Source: an uncultured Pseudorhodobacter sp. (GTDB taxonomy: Bacteria > Pseudomonadota > Alphaproteobacteria > Rhodobacterales > Rhodobacteraceae). Taken from it: 64,000 bases of DNA. Both the position numbers and the translations under genes were made by a program. Below, in pieces: positions 27,116 to 36,635 of the stretch. The notes beneath the pieces are model-generated. The model did not search any database, was not told the origin of the DNA, and worked only from the letters and a program-made list of their open reading frames with translations. Positions within the stretch are counted from its first letter, which is position 1. The number at the start of each line of letters is the position of its first letter. The DNA is taken from NCBI GenBank assembly GCA_913062925.1, contig CAJXWJ010000008.1, positions 3,907-67,906 on the forward strand, in the 5' to 3' direction.

Positions 27116-28021
27116 ATGGGCAGTAGTAGTGACGGGTCTGGGGCTGCGCCGCGCGCGCAGCTTGGGACGGAGGAGGCCGAGGCCTCTCCACGCGGATTTT
27201 TCGGGCGGCTTTTAAGCGCCTTTCATGCAAGCGACAGCGCGCAAGCCGGGGCAGAGACCGGCAGTGCAGAACCCAAGGGTGTGATGTTGCCCGGCTTTGG
27301 CAATTTGCGCCGTTTGCGGGTGGATGATGTCGCCATTCCCAAGGTTGAGATTGCCGCCGTGCCTTTGGACATTGGCCGCGACGATTTGGTAGCGGCTTTC
27401 CGCGAGCATGGGTTTTCGCGCCTGCCGGTTTACAAGGGCACGCTGGATCATCCGCAGGGCTTGGTGCTGCTGAAGGATTTGGCTTTGCAGCATGGCTTTG
27501 GCACAGGTGCGCGGTTTTCGTTGAAAAAGCTGCTGCGGCCGGTGCTGTTTGCGCCGCCCTCGATGCCTGCCGCGATCTTGCTGCAAAAGATGCAGCGCGA
27601 GCGGGTGCATATGGCTTTGGTGATTGACGAATATGGTGGCGTTGATGGTTTGGTGACGATTGAGGATTTGATCGAGACCATCATCGGCCAGATTGAAGAC
27701 GAGCATGACGAGGCCGAAGGCGCGCTGTGGAAAGAGGAAAAGCCAGGGATTTACCTTGCGGCCTCGACGGTGCCTCTGGCGGAGTTTGAGGCGGCCATTG
27801 GCTTGACGCTGCGCAATGGCGAGGATGACGAGGATATCGACACGCTGGGCGGCTTGGTGTTCTTGCGCACAGGGAGGGTGCCGGTGCGCGGCGAGATCGT
27901 GCCCCACGAATCGGGGGCCGAGTTCGAGGTGCTTGACGCTGATGCGCGCCGGATCAAGCGCTTGCGGGTGCGGTTGCCGGGGTCGGTGGTGCGGCCTGAT
28001 CCTGCTGAAGTTGACGGCTAA
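27116..28021 (+). CDS. corC: HlyC/CorC-family CBS-domain protein (YbeX)
   Basis: FSRLPVY, two CBS domains, VIDEYGGVDGLVTIEDL.E.I.G.IEDEHD, CorC_HlyC C-terminus. Confidence 0.9.
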   Translation: MGSSSDGSGAAPRAQLGTEEAEASPRGFFGRLLSAFHASDSAQAGAETGSAEPKGVMLPGFGNLRRLRVDDVAIPKVEIAAVPLDIGRDDLVAAFREHGFSRLPVYKGTLDHPQGLVLLKDLALQHGFGTGARFSLKKLLRPVLFAPPSMPAAILLQKMQRERVHMALVIDEYGGVDGLVTIEDLIETIIGQIEDEHDEAEGALWKEEKPGIYLAASTVPLAEFEAAIGLTLRNGEDDEDIDTLGGLVFLRTGRVPVRGEIVPHESGAEFEVLDADARRIKRLRVRLPGSVVRPDPAEVDG

Positions 28022-28022
28022 G

Positions 28023-29465
28023 ATGCCGATGTGGCGCTGGCGCGCGGCGGCGGCGGCTTTGGGCGCTTTGGTGGCTTTGGGTCAGGCGCCTTGGGGGCTT
28101 TGGGCGGTTAGCCTGCCTGCGTTGGCAGGGCTGATCGTGCTGGTGTCAGGGCCAGGCCGGCGCGAGGGTGCTTGGCGGGCGTGGTTTGGCGGGGCAGGCT
28201 ATTTTGGGCTGGCGCTGAACTGGCTGGTGCAGCCTTTCATGGTGGATGCGGCGCGCGACGGATGGATGGCGCCCTTTGCGCTGCTGTTTATGGCCTTTGG
28301 TTTGGCGCTATTCTGGGCGCTGGCGGCTTTGGTGCCGGCGCGCAATCGGGCATTGGGGTTTGCGCTGACGCTGACGCTGGCGGAATTGGCGCGCGGCTAT
28401 GTGCTAACCGGTTTTCCTTGGGCGCAGATTGGCCACATCTGGATTGACACACCCGTGGCGCAGGTGGCGGCTTGGGTCGGACCCTCGGGCTTGACGCTGC
28501 TGACGCTACTGCTGGCTTACGGGCTGACGCGCGGGCGCGCGGCTTGGCGGGTGGCTTTGGGCTTGGCCACGGTTTGGGGCTTTGGGCTTTGGCTGCTGGC
28601 AGCACCAATGCCCGAGCCGCGGGCGATCACGCTGCGGCTGGTCCAGCCTGATGCCGCCCAGCAGACAAAATGGGATCCAGATCTGGCACAGCAGTTCTTT
28701 GACAGATTGCTAGCCTATACGGCGGTGAAACCTGCGCCGGATCTGGTGATCTGGCCCGAAACTGCCCTGCCCTATCTGATCGAGCGACACCCCGAGATTG
28801 CCCAGATCATCGCCGAGGCCGCCAATGGCGCAACGGTGGCGCTGGGATTGCAGCGCAGTGAGGGTGCGCAGGGCTGGAATTCGCTGCGGGTGATTGGCGC
28901 AGATGGCAGCACTCTGGCCAATTACGACAAATTCCATTTGGTCCCCTTTGGCGAATATATTCCCTTTGGCGATGCGCTTTTTGCTTGGGCCAATATCTCG
29001 GCCTTTGCCTCGGCCAGCGGCAATGGCTATATGGCAGGCCCCGGGCCACAGGTGATCGACCTTGGCGCTTTGGGCAAAATGCAGCCACTGATCTGCTATG
29101 AGGCGGTGTTCCCACAAGATCTGCGCGGCGCGGGGCGGGCGGATTGGCTGTTGCAGATCACCAATGATGCGTGGTTCGGGGTCTGGAGCGGGCCATTTCA
29201 GCACGCAGCCCAAGCGCGTTTGCGCGCCATCGAGCAGGGTTTGCCGATGGTGCGGGTGGCCAATACCGGAGTGACGGCGGTTTATGATGCGCGCGGGCGG
29301 GTGACGGCAAGCCTGACCTTTGGCATCGCCAGCTATCTGGATGTGGCACTGCCAAGCCCCTTGCCTGCCACAATTTACGCACAATTTGGTGAAATTCCTG
29401 TCTTACTGTTGCTTGGTGGCCTGTTTGGGCTGCTGTATCTAAGACGCACCCTCGCTCGGGCTTGA
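28023..29465 (+). CDS. lnt: Apolipoprotein N-acyltransferase
   Basis: TGFPW, IWPET, KFHLVPFGEY, ICYEAVF and TNDAWFG motifs. Confidence 0.95.
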   Translation: MPMWRWRAAAAALGALVALGQAPWGLWAVSLPALAGLIVLVSGPGRREGAWRAWFGGAGYFGLALNWLVQPFMVDAARDGWMAPFALLFMAFGLALFWALAALVPARNRALGFALTLTLAELARGYVLTGFPWAQIGHIWIDTPVAQVAAWVGPSGLTLLTLLLAYGLTRGRAAWRVALGLATVWGFGLWLLAAPMPEPRAITLRLVQPDAAQQTKWDPDLAQQFFDRLLAYTAVKPAPDLVIWPETALPYLIERHPEIAQIIAEAANGATVALGLQRSEGAQGWNSLRVIGADGSTLANYDKFHLVPFGEYIPFGDALFAWANISAFASASGNGYMAGPGPQVIDLGALGKMQPLICYEAVFPQDLRGAGRADWLLQITNDAWFGVWSGPFQHAAQARLRAIEQGLPMVRVANTGVTAVYDARGRVTASLTFGIASYLDVALPSPLPATIYAQFGEIPVLLLLGGLFGLLYLRRTLARA

Positions 29466-29500
29466 CCTTTGCCAAGCTTTGGCACAACCAGATCTTTCAT

Positions 29501-29546
29501 CCCCGCACAACGGCTTCCTGGCGTGACGGGTTAACCAATCGGAGCA
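29501..29546 (+). promoter_or_regulatory. SAM/SAH riboswitch upstream of metK
   Basis: CACAACGGCTTCCTGGCGTGAC...GGAGCA, the SAM/SAH consensus. The final GGAG is the metK Shine-Dalgarno; this class is characteristically found before metK in Rhodobacterales. Confidence 0.92.
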
Positions 29547-29553
29547 CGTCCCC

Positions 29554-30720
29554 ATGACTCGTAAATCTTATATTTTCACCTCGGAATCTGTTTCCGAGGG
29601 CCATCCAGATAAACTTTGTGATCGCGTCTCGGACGCGGTGCTGGATGCGTTTTTGACCCAAGAACCCAATGCCCGCGTCGCCTGTGAAACCTTTGCCACC
29701 ACGGGCCGCGTTGTCGTCGGCGGCGAGGTCGGACTGGCCGATAAGGCCGCGACCGCCCAGATGATGGAGCAAGTCGAAGGCATCGTGCGCGATTGTGTGC
29801 GCGACATCGGCTATGAGCAGGACGAGTTTCATTGGAACACCCTGCAAGTGCAGAATTATCTGCACCCGCAATCGGCCCATATCGCCCAGGGCGTCGACCG
29901 GGATGGTGCAGGCGATCAGGGTATTATGTTCGGCTATGCCTGCCGCGAGACGCCCGAGCTGATGCCGGCGCCGATCCAATATTCGCACGCTATCCTGCGC
30001 CGTCTGGCCGAAGTGCGCAAATCTGGCCAAGAGCCGACGCTGCGGCCAGACGCAAAATCTCAGCTGTCCTTGCGCTATGAAGACGGTGTGCCGGTCGAGG
30101 TGACCTCGATCGTGCTCTCGACCCAGCATGCGCTGGAAAGCCAGACCTCGGATGACATTCGCGCCATTGTCGAACCCTATATCCGCGAAGTGCTGCCCTC
30201 GGGCTGGATTTCGGAAAAGACCGAATGGTGGGTCAACCCGACCGGCACCTTTGTGATTGGCGGGCCGGATGGCGATGCGGGTCTGACTGGGCGCAAGATT
30301 ATTGTCGACACCTATGGCGGGGCGGCGCCGCATGGCGGCGGCGCGTTCTCGGGCAAGGATCCGACCAAGGTTGACCGCTCGGCCGCCTATGCGGCGCGCT
30401 ATCTGGCCAAGAACGTGGTCGCGGCAGGTCTGGCAGATCGCTGCACCTTGCAGGTGTCTTATGCGATTGGGGTGGCAAAGCCCTTGTCGATCTATGTCGA
30501 TACCCATGGCACCGGCCGCGTTGAGGCCGAAGCGATTGAACGCGCGGTGGCGCAGTGCATGGATCTGACCCCGCGCGGCATCCGCGAGCATCTGGCGCTG
30601 ACGCGTCCGATCTATGCCCGCACCGCCGCCTATGGCCACTTTGGCCGCGCGCCTGACGCCGATGGCGGGTTTTCCTGGGAGAAAACCGATCTGATCGAGG
30701 CGCTGAAAGCCGCGGTTTGA
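29554..30720 (+). CDS. metK: S-adenosylmethionine synthetase
   Basis: [33 protein letters not shown] and [15 protein letters not shown] motifs. Confidence 0.98.
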   Translation: MTRKSYIFTSESVSEGHPDKLCDRVSDAVLDAFLTQEPNARVACETFATTGRVVVGGEVGLADKAATAQMMEQVEGIVRDCVRDIGYEQDEFHWNTLQVQNYLHPQSAHIAQGVDRDGAGDQGIMFGYACRETPELMPAPIQYSHAILRRLAEVRKSGQEPTLRPDAKSQLSLRYEDGVPVEVTSIVLSTQHALESQTSDDIRAIVEPYIREVLPSGWISEKTEWWVNPTGTFVIGGPDGDAGLTGRKIIVDTYGGAAPHGGGAFSGKDPTKVDRSAAYAARYLAKNVVAAGLADRCTLQVSYAIGVAKPLSIYVDTHGTGRVEAEAIERAVAQCMDLTPRGIREHLALTRPIYARTAAYGHFGRAPDADGGFSWEKTDLIEALKAAV

Positions 30721-30733
30721 TCTGAAGACAAGG

Positions 30734-30768
30734 GCGGCTGTGCCGGGCATCGAGCCCGGCGCAGCCGC
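30734..30768 (+). terminator. 15-bp GC-rich stem-loop after metK
   Basis: GCGGCTGTGCCGGGC-ATCGA-GCCCGGCGCAGCCGC (one G-U pair); no U-tract. Confidence 0.5.
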
Positions 30769-30855
30769 TGCTGCCGCGCGCCCTTAGTGGGGCGGGGGTT
30801 GACGCTTTGGCCGCTGCAGGGCAAGAGACCGCAGACCAAACCAGAGGCTTTCGCG

Positions 30856-31557
30856 ATGTATGATCCAGTCGAGCGGCGCAATTTCTATGGCCGCATTCAC
30901 GGCAAAACCCTGCGCGACAGCCAGAAAACCTATTTGGCCGAAGACCTTGAGGCTTTGAGCCTTAAGGGCGTGACGCGAGAGGACAATCCTGAGCGCACAC
31001 CGATTGATCTGTCGCGCTTTGAAGGCAAGCCGCTGTGGCTGGAAATCGGCTTTGGCGGCGGCGAGCATCTGGTGCATATGGCCGCGAGCTATCCGCAAGT
31101 GGGGCTGATTGGCTGCGAGCCTTTTGTGAACGGCATTGCCATGCTTTTGGGCAAAATTCGTGCAGCCGAGGTGAGCAATCTAGCGCTGCATCCAGGCGAT
31201 GTGCGCGATTTGTTTGACGTTTTGCCCAGCGCTTGTTTGGACAAGGCGTTTTTGAACTATCCCGACCCTTGGCCAAAAGCGCGGCACCATCGCCGCCGTT
31301 TTGTCACCCAAGGCTATCTGACAGCCCTTGCTCGGGTGATGAAGCCGCAGGCCGAGTTGCGCATTGCCACCGATATTGCCGATTATGTGCGCCAGAGCTT
31401 GGAAGAGGTGCCACTGGCGGGCTTTGCCCTGCAAGATCAGGGCGATACGCCTTGGGCGGATTGGTATTCGACCCGTTATGAGCAGAAGGCTTTGCGCGAG
31501 GGGCGGCCACCCTATTATTTAACGTACCGGCGCGAAGGCGGGGTGGGCGAGGTCTGA
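30856..31557 (+). CDS. trmB: tRNA (guanine-N7)-methyltransferase
   Basis: LEIGFGGGEH, GCEPF, YPDPWPKARH.RRR, ATD and TRYEQKA motifs. Confidence 0.95.
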   Translation: MYDPVERRNFYGRIHGKTLRDSQKTYLAEDLEALSLKGVTREDNPERTPIDLSRFEGKPLWLEIGFGGGEHLVHMAASYPQVGLIGCEPFVNGIAMLLGKIRAAEVSNLALHPGDVRDLFDVLPSACLDKAFLNYPDPWPKARHHRRRFVTQGYLTALARVMKPQAELRIATDIADYVRQSLEEVPLAGFALQDQGDTPWADWYSTRYEQKALREGRPPYYLTYRREGGVGEV

Positions 31558-31585
31558 GGCGGGGCGATTGGCTTTGGGCCTTGGA

Positions 31586-31620
31586 GCCTCCGGCGGGGAT
31601 ATTTGCGCCAAGATGAAAGC
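31586..31620 (+). repeat. REP-like 35-bp intergenic repeat
   Basis: GCCTCCGGCGGGGATATTTGCGCCAAGATGAAAGC; 33/35 identical to 39888-39922. Confidence 0.8.
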
Positions 31621-31698
31621 CCAAGCCGCGCGATAGGGGCATAGACCGCGCAGATTGGTTGCGGTATCAGGGCAGCGAATTCTTGCAGGAGACCGATC

Positions 31699-33045
31699 AT
31701 GTCTGCCCATGGCACCGCCCAACCGATGACCGCGCATAAATCTGGCCCTTTGACGGGGACGGCCTTGGTGCCCGGAGATAAGTCGATCAGCCACCGGTCG
31801 TTGATTTTTGGCGCGATGGCTTTGGGCGAGACCCGGGTAACCGGGCTTTTGGAAGGCCAGGACGTTTTGGACACCGCCAAGGCGATGCAGGCCTTTGGGG
31901 CGACGGTGACGCGGCATGGCTTGGGCGATTGGTCGGTGCAGGGGGTGGGCGTTGGCGGCTTTCAAGAGCCTGCCGATGTGATTGACTGCGGCAATTCGGG
32001 CACGGGTGTGCGGTTGATCATGGGCACGATGGCGACCTCGGCGATGACGGTGACCTTTACCGGCGATGCGTCTTTGCGCAAGCGGCCGATGGGGCGGGTG
32101 ACCGAGCCTTTGGCGCTGTTTGGCACCGAGGCTTACGGGCGCAAGGGTGGGCGTTTGCCGATGACGGTGGTGGGCGCGGCGCGGCCGAAGCCGGTGCGCT
32201 ATGCTTTGCCGGTGGCCTCGGCTCAGGTGAAATCGGCGATTTTGCTGGCCGGGTTGAATTGCCCCGGCGAGACGGTGGTGATCGAGCGCGAGCCGACGCG
32301 GGATCATTCGGAGCGGATGTTGATCGGCTTTGGCGCCAAGCTGGAGGTCGAGCGCCGCGCGGAGGGGTCGGTGATTACGCTGCAAGGCCAGCCGGACTTG
32401 CGCGCGCAAAGCGTGGCGGTGCCGCGCGATCCATCTTCGGCGGCCTTTCCGGTCTGTGCGGCGCTCTTGGTGGAAGGTTCGGACATCTTTGTGCCGGGGG
32501 TCAGCCAGAACCTGACGCGCAATGGGCTTTACATCACCTTGATGGAGATGGGCGCCGAGATTGAGTTTCAGAACCCACGCGAAGAGGGCGGCGAGCCTGT
32601 GGCCGATTTGCGGGTGCGGTTTTCGGGGAATATGAAGGGCATTGAGGTGCCGCCAGAGCGTGCACCTTCGATGATTGACGAATATCCGATCCTGTCGGTG
32701 GTGGCGGCCTGTGCCACCGGCAAGACCGTGATGCGCGGGGTGAAAGAGCTGCGCGTCAAGGAATCCGACCGCATTGACGCGATGGCGCGCGGGCTGGAGG
32801 CTTGTGGCGTGCGGATCGAGGAAGACGAGGACACGCTGATTGTGCACGGCATGGGCGCGGGCGGGGTTCCAGGTGGGGCGGTTTGCGCCACCCATATCGA
32901 CCACCGCATTGCGATGTCTTTCCTTGTGCTGGGGCTTGCGTCAAAGCAGCCGGTTTCAGTTGATGATGCCTCGCCGATTGCGACGTCTTTCCCGATTTTC
33001 ACTGGGTTGATGGCGCAGCTTGGTGCGACCCTGACGCAAGCCTAA
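31699..33045 (+). CDS. aroA: 3-phosphoshikimate 1-carboxyvinyltransferase
   Basis: [37 protein letters not shown] and DHRIAMSF motifs. Confidence 0.98.
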   Translation: MSAHGTAQPMTAHKSGPLTGTALVPGDKSISHRSLIFGAMALGETRVTGLLEGQDVLDTAKAMQAFGATVTRHGLGDWSVQGVGVGGFQEPADVIDCGNSGTGVRLIMGTMATSAMTVTFTGDASLRKRPMGRVTEPLALFGTEAYGRKGGRLPMTVVGAARPKPVRYALPVASAQVKSAILLAGLNCPGETVVIEREPTRDHSERMLIGFGAKLEVERRAEGSVITLQGQPDLRAQSVAVPRDPSSAAFPVCAALLVEGSDIFVPGVSQNLTRNGLYITLMEMGAEIEFQNPREEGGEPVADLRVRFSGNMKGIEVPPERAPSMIDEYPILSVVAACATGKTVMRGVKELRVKESDRIDAMARGLEACGVRIEEDEDTLIVHGMGAGGVPGGAVCATHIDHRIAMSFLVLGLASKQPVSVDDASPIATSFPIFTGLMAQLGATLTQA

Positions 33046-33118
33046 TCCGCTTTGACCTTGGCGGCGGCGGCGCGGGCCGTTAAGGCTGGGGCAAGACGCA
33101 ACCGAAAAGGATGACCCG

Positions 33119-33778
33119 ATGGGAACCTATTATATCGCCGTAGAGGCGCATGACCCCGAAGGTCAGAACGCCATGCCCGAGGGCGCCCTTTATGGCGGCG
33201 AGGCGCGGTTCTTTGTGCTGATGGCCGATGATCTGGGCGATGCTTTGATGGTTTTGTCCAATTCCATCGTGGTCAACGGGCTGCGCTTGGACCGGATTTT
33301 ACACGCGGGCGATGTTGAGGCCTTTGACGATGAAATTCTGCCCTTTGAGGTGGATATCGACGAGATGGTCGAGGCGGCGCAATCTTCGGGTGAGATCTGT
33401 GTCTCGGAGCCGCATCCGTTTGAACCCGATGCCACCGATGGCACCGGCTCGGGCGTTTTTGCCTGCTGCATTGATGCCTGCGACCCCGAATGGGCCGATG
33501 AGGATGAGGGCGCCTATCTGGGCCATTACCAGCTTGCGGTGATGAAGGCGCAGACCGCCACCGAGGCCTTGCAGATGTTGGTGGCAGAGTTCGAGGCCGA
33601 GGGTATTATCCTGATCGCCATTGAAGGGCTTGTTGATGCCGAAGCCTTCCCCTTTGACGGCTATGAGTTTGAATTTGAAGAAGAAGATGCTGTCGGCGAT
33701 GTGCTGGACGATGGCGGTATGATCCTGTCGAACGCCTATGCCTATGGCCCGCAAGAGCCGCAAAAGCTTGACAGCTAA
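33119..33778 (+). CDS. Very acidic hypothetical protein with two-fold internal repeat
   Basis: About 50 Asp/Glu versus 5 Lys/Arg in 219 aa (hand count); two ~100-aa halves align. Confidence 0.75.
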   Translation: MGTYYIAVEAHDPEGQNAMPEGALYGGEARFFVLMADDLGDALMVLSNSIVVNGLRLDRILHAGDVEAFDDEILPFEVDIDEMVEAAQSSGEICVSEPHPFEPDATDGTGSGVFACCIDACDPEWADEDEGAYLGHYQLAVMKAQTATEALQMLVAEFEAEGIILIAIEGLVDAEAFPFDGYEFEFEEEDAVGDVLDDGGMILSNAYAYGPQEPQKLDS

Positions 33779-33788
33779 AGGATCTGCG

Positions 33789-34370
33789 ATGCGCTTTACC
33801 GTTGCCATTGACGGGCCAGCCGCTGCCGGAAAAGGCACGATCAGCCGTGCGGTGGCTGCCGAATTTGGCTTTGCGCATCTGGACACCGGGCTTTTGTATC
33901 GCGCGGTTGGCGCGATGGGCGGCGATCCGATTGCGGCGGCACGGGGCTTGCAACCGCAGGATTTGGCGCGCGACGATCTGCGCAGCATGGCGGCGGGTCA
34001 GGCGGCAAGCCGCATCGCGGTGATCCCCGAGGTGCGCGCGGCCTTGCTGGCGTTTCAGCGCCACTTTGCGCGCAGCGCCGGTGGTGCGGTGTTGGATGGC
34101 CGCGACATTGGCACGGTGATCTGCCCCGAGGCCGAGGTGAAGCTGTTTGTCACCGCCAGCCCAGAGGTGCGCGCGCATCGACGTTGGCTTGAGGTCGGCG
34201 GCGATGCAGCACGGGTGCTGGCCGAGGTGATCGAGCGCGATGCGCGTGACATGGGCCGCGCCGATGCGCCGCTGCGCGCGGCCGAGACGGCGGTGATCAT
34301 CGACACCTCTGCCCTAACCATTCCCGAGGCTATCGCCCGCGCCGTGGCGGTGGTCAAAGCCGCAAGATGA
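33789..34370 (+). CDS. cmk: Cytidylate kinase
   Basis: [32 protein letters not shown] and RD.RD.R motifs. Confidence 0.96.
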   Translation: MRFTVAIDGPAAAGKGTISRAVAAEFGFAHLDTGLLYRAVGAMGGDPIAAARGLQPQDLARDDLRSMAAGQAASRIAVIPEVRAALLAFQRHFARSAGGAVLDGRDIGTVICPEAEVKLFVTASPEVRAHRRWLEVGGDAARVLAEVIERDARDMGRADAPLRAAETAVIIDTSALTIPEAIARAVAVVKAAR

Positions 34371-35317
34371 CGGCGCGGGTGATCCTGCATATGCCCGAGC
34401 GGTTTATCGCGGGCTTTGCCAAGGGAAAGCCGCCGCTGCTTTATGGCCGGATCGTTCAGACGCTTACGGCGCGCGGGCTGACCGCCGATTTTGCCGCCGA
34501 TATGCCAAGGGTGGCGGCGCGGGCGCTGCAAGACGGCAATCTGCATATCATGGAAAATGGCCAAGTGCAGGCGCAGGGCTGGCTGAATGCGGCGACGGCC
34601 TATCTGGAGGGGTTCTTTCATGTCGACCCCCAGGGCGTGCAGGCGGCCTCGAGCATTGGCGCGCGGGCCTATGAGCCTGCGCTGATTGATGCGGAGCAGG
34701 CCGCGCGCTATGCCCAAATGCTGCACGCGCGTTTTACCGCGCGCAGGCATTCGCGCTATCGCCAGATGGGGGCCGTCTCGGCGCTGCCCAAGGGGGCGAT
34801 TGCGGTGTTTTTGCAAGGCCCCGCGCCGATCCGGCAGGGCCAAGCCTTTGCCAGCTTTGAAGAGATGCTGCGCGCGGTTGTGGCGGGGGCAGAAGGGCGT
34901 GCGGTATTGGTCAAACCGCATCCGCTGAAACCCGAACTGGGGGCCGAGATCATTGCCACGCTGCAAGCCGAGGGCCATGCGCTGATCGCAACCGAGGCCA
35001 ATGTGCATGACATTCTGGCCGCCTGTGCGGTCAGCGTCTCGATCAATTCCGCCACCGCGATTGAGGGGTTCTTGCACCAAAAGCCGGCGGTGATCTTTGG
35101 CCGGTCCGATTTTCACGCGCTGGTGCAGACCGCGCACAGCCCTTCCGATTTTCCCCGCGCGCTGCACGCTGCCCTGCACAGCCCGCCAGACTATACCAAG
35201 GCGCTTTACTGGTATTTCGGGCAAAACTGTTTGGATATTCAAGCTGATAGCTTTGACGACCGCCTGATGGCGATCTTTGCGGCGGCGGGGTTTGACGCTG
35301 CACGCCTAGGGGTTTAG
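34367..35317 (+). CDS. Capsule polysaccharide synthesis/modification protein (KpsS/KpsC-like)
   Basis: VKPHP and [14 protein letters not shown]...FG motifs (Capsule_synth-type). Confidence 0.75.
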   Translation: MTARVILHMPERFIAGFAKGKPPLLYGRIVQTLTARGLTADFAADMPRVAARALQDGNLHIMENGQVQAQGWLNAATAYLEGFFHVDPQGVQAASSIGARAYEPALIDAEQAARYAQMLHARFTARRHSRYRQMGAVSALPKGAIAVFLQGPAPIRQGQAFASFEEMLRAVVAGAEGRAVLVKPHPLKPELGAEIIATLQAEGHALIATEANVHDILAACAVSVSINSATAIEGFLHQKPAVIFGRSDFHALVQTAHSPSDFPRALHAALHSPPDYTKALYWYFGQNCLDIQADSFDDRLMAIFAAAGFDAARLGV

Positions 35318-35680
35318 CCGCGCATCAAAGGCCGCGCGGGCGCTGTCGATCTGCGATAGATTTTCATAGGCCCAAAGCCCCATCACCCTAATCGGCGCAG
35401 CAAAAGACGCCCCAAGCGGCGTCAGCGCATATTCCACCCGAGCAGGCAGCGCGTCAAAAACCCGGCGCTGCACCATGCCGTCGCGTTCCAGCTCGCGCAA
35501 TGTCAGGCTTAACATCCGCTGGCTGATGCCCAAATGCCGCTTTAACTCGTTAAAGCGCATCACCCCGACACCATCCAGCGCCAGAATGACCAGAACGCTC
35601 CAACTGTCGCCCACCCGCGCCAAAACTGACCGCACTTTGGTGCAGGCAATCGGGCAATCGCCAACGCTGTGATCTTTCAT
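35306..35680 (-). CDS. HxlR-family winged-helix regulator
   Basis: C..VRSVL.RVGD.WSVLVI, RFNELKR...ISQRMLS.TLR.LERDG and P.RVEY.LT.LG motifs. Confidence 0.9.
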   Translation of the reverse strand: MKDHSVGDCPIACTKVRSVLARVGDSWSVLVILALDGVGVMRFNELKRHLGISQRMLSLTLRELERDGMVQRRVFDALPARVEYALTPLGASFAAPIRVMGLWAYENLSQIDSARAAFDARLNP

Positions 35681-35697
35681 AACGCCTCGCTGAAACC

Positions 35698-35765
35698 GGT
35701 TACAGAGATGTGCCTTCTTGCGGTGGCCAGACTTCAGGCTATATCGCAGGTTACTAATGCATACC
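35698..35765. promoter_or_regulatory. Two imperfect GGTTAC-N5-NNNNCC boxes, candidate HxlR-type operators
   Basis: GGTTAC-AGAGA-TGTGCC at 35698-35714 and GGTTAC-TAATG-CATACC at 35749-35765, between divergent regulator and nitroreductase. Confidence 0.3.
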
Positions 35766-35787
35766 ACCCTCCTCAATCTGAAAGACC

Positions 35788-36426
35788 ATGAAGATGTTGA
35801 ACGAAAAGCTGAACTGGCGTTACGCGACCAAAGCGATGGATCCTGCCAAGATCGTGCCGCGCGCCAAGCTGGATGCGATCTTGCAGGCGATCAACCTTGC
35901 GCCCACCTCCAGCGGCTTGCAGCCCTTTGAAGTGTTTGTCGTGACCAATGCCGAAATTCGCGCCAAAATCCGCGATGCGGCTTGGAACCAAGCCCAGATC
36001 ACCGACAGCACCTATCTGTTGGTCTTTGCAGCATGGGACAATTACACCGCCGAGCGTATCGACGCCGTGGTCAACCAAACCCACGCTGAGCGCGGCACGC
36101 CGATGGAAATGCTGAACGCCTATTACGACAACCTGAAGGCCAGCTATCTGCCACGCGCAGCTGAAGTGAACTATGATCACGCCGCCCGCCAAGCCTATAT
36201 CGCGCTGGGTGTCGGTCTGGTTGCGGCCGCCTTTGAAGAGGTGGACGCCACCCCGATGGAAGGCTTTAACCCTGACGCCGTTGACGAAATCCTTGGCCTG
36301 CGTGCCAAGGGCCTGCGCTCGGTCAGCCTGATGCCTTTGGGCTACCGCGCGGCCGAAGGCGATTGGTTGAACGGTGCGAAAAAAGTCCGCAAGCCGATGT
36401 CCGAGCTTGTGACCGAAATCGCCTGA
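35788..36426 (+). CDS. NAD(P)H-dependent nitroreductase-family flavoprotein
   Basis: WRYATK, LAPTSSGLQP, DATPMEGF and LGYR...D....KKVRK motifs. Confidence 0.92.
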   Translation: MKMLNEKLNWRYATKAMDPAKIVPRAKLDAILQAINLAPTSSGLQPFEVFVVTNAEIRAKIRDAAWNQAQITDSTYLLVFAAWDNYTAERIDAVVNQTHAERGTPMEMLNAYYDNLKASYLPRAAEVNYDHAARQAYIALGVGLVAAAFEEVDATPMEGFNPDAVDEILGLRAKGLRSVSLMPLGYRAAEGDWLNGAKKVRKPMSELVTEIA

Positions 36427-36445
36427 TCTTAGGCAAAACGCCCCA

Positions 36446-36478
36446 GACAGCGGCCCTCTGCACAGGGGGCCGTTTGTC
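36446..36478 (+). terminator. Stem-loop after the nitroreductase gene
   Basis: GACAGCGGCCCTCTG-CA-CAGGGGGCCGTTTGTC. Confidence 0.5.
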
Positions 36479-36635
36479 ATTCGCGCGGACCAACCATTGC
36501 TTGCAAATCGCCAGCTTTCGCGTTAGGGACGCGCAAGATTGGGTCTGGCCTTGCCACGGCCCAGTTTTTAATTTCGAGCAAGACCGGCGGAGCCAACCGC
36601 ATGGCCAGTGACAAAGATGAAAAGGACCAAACTGC

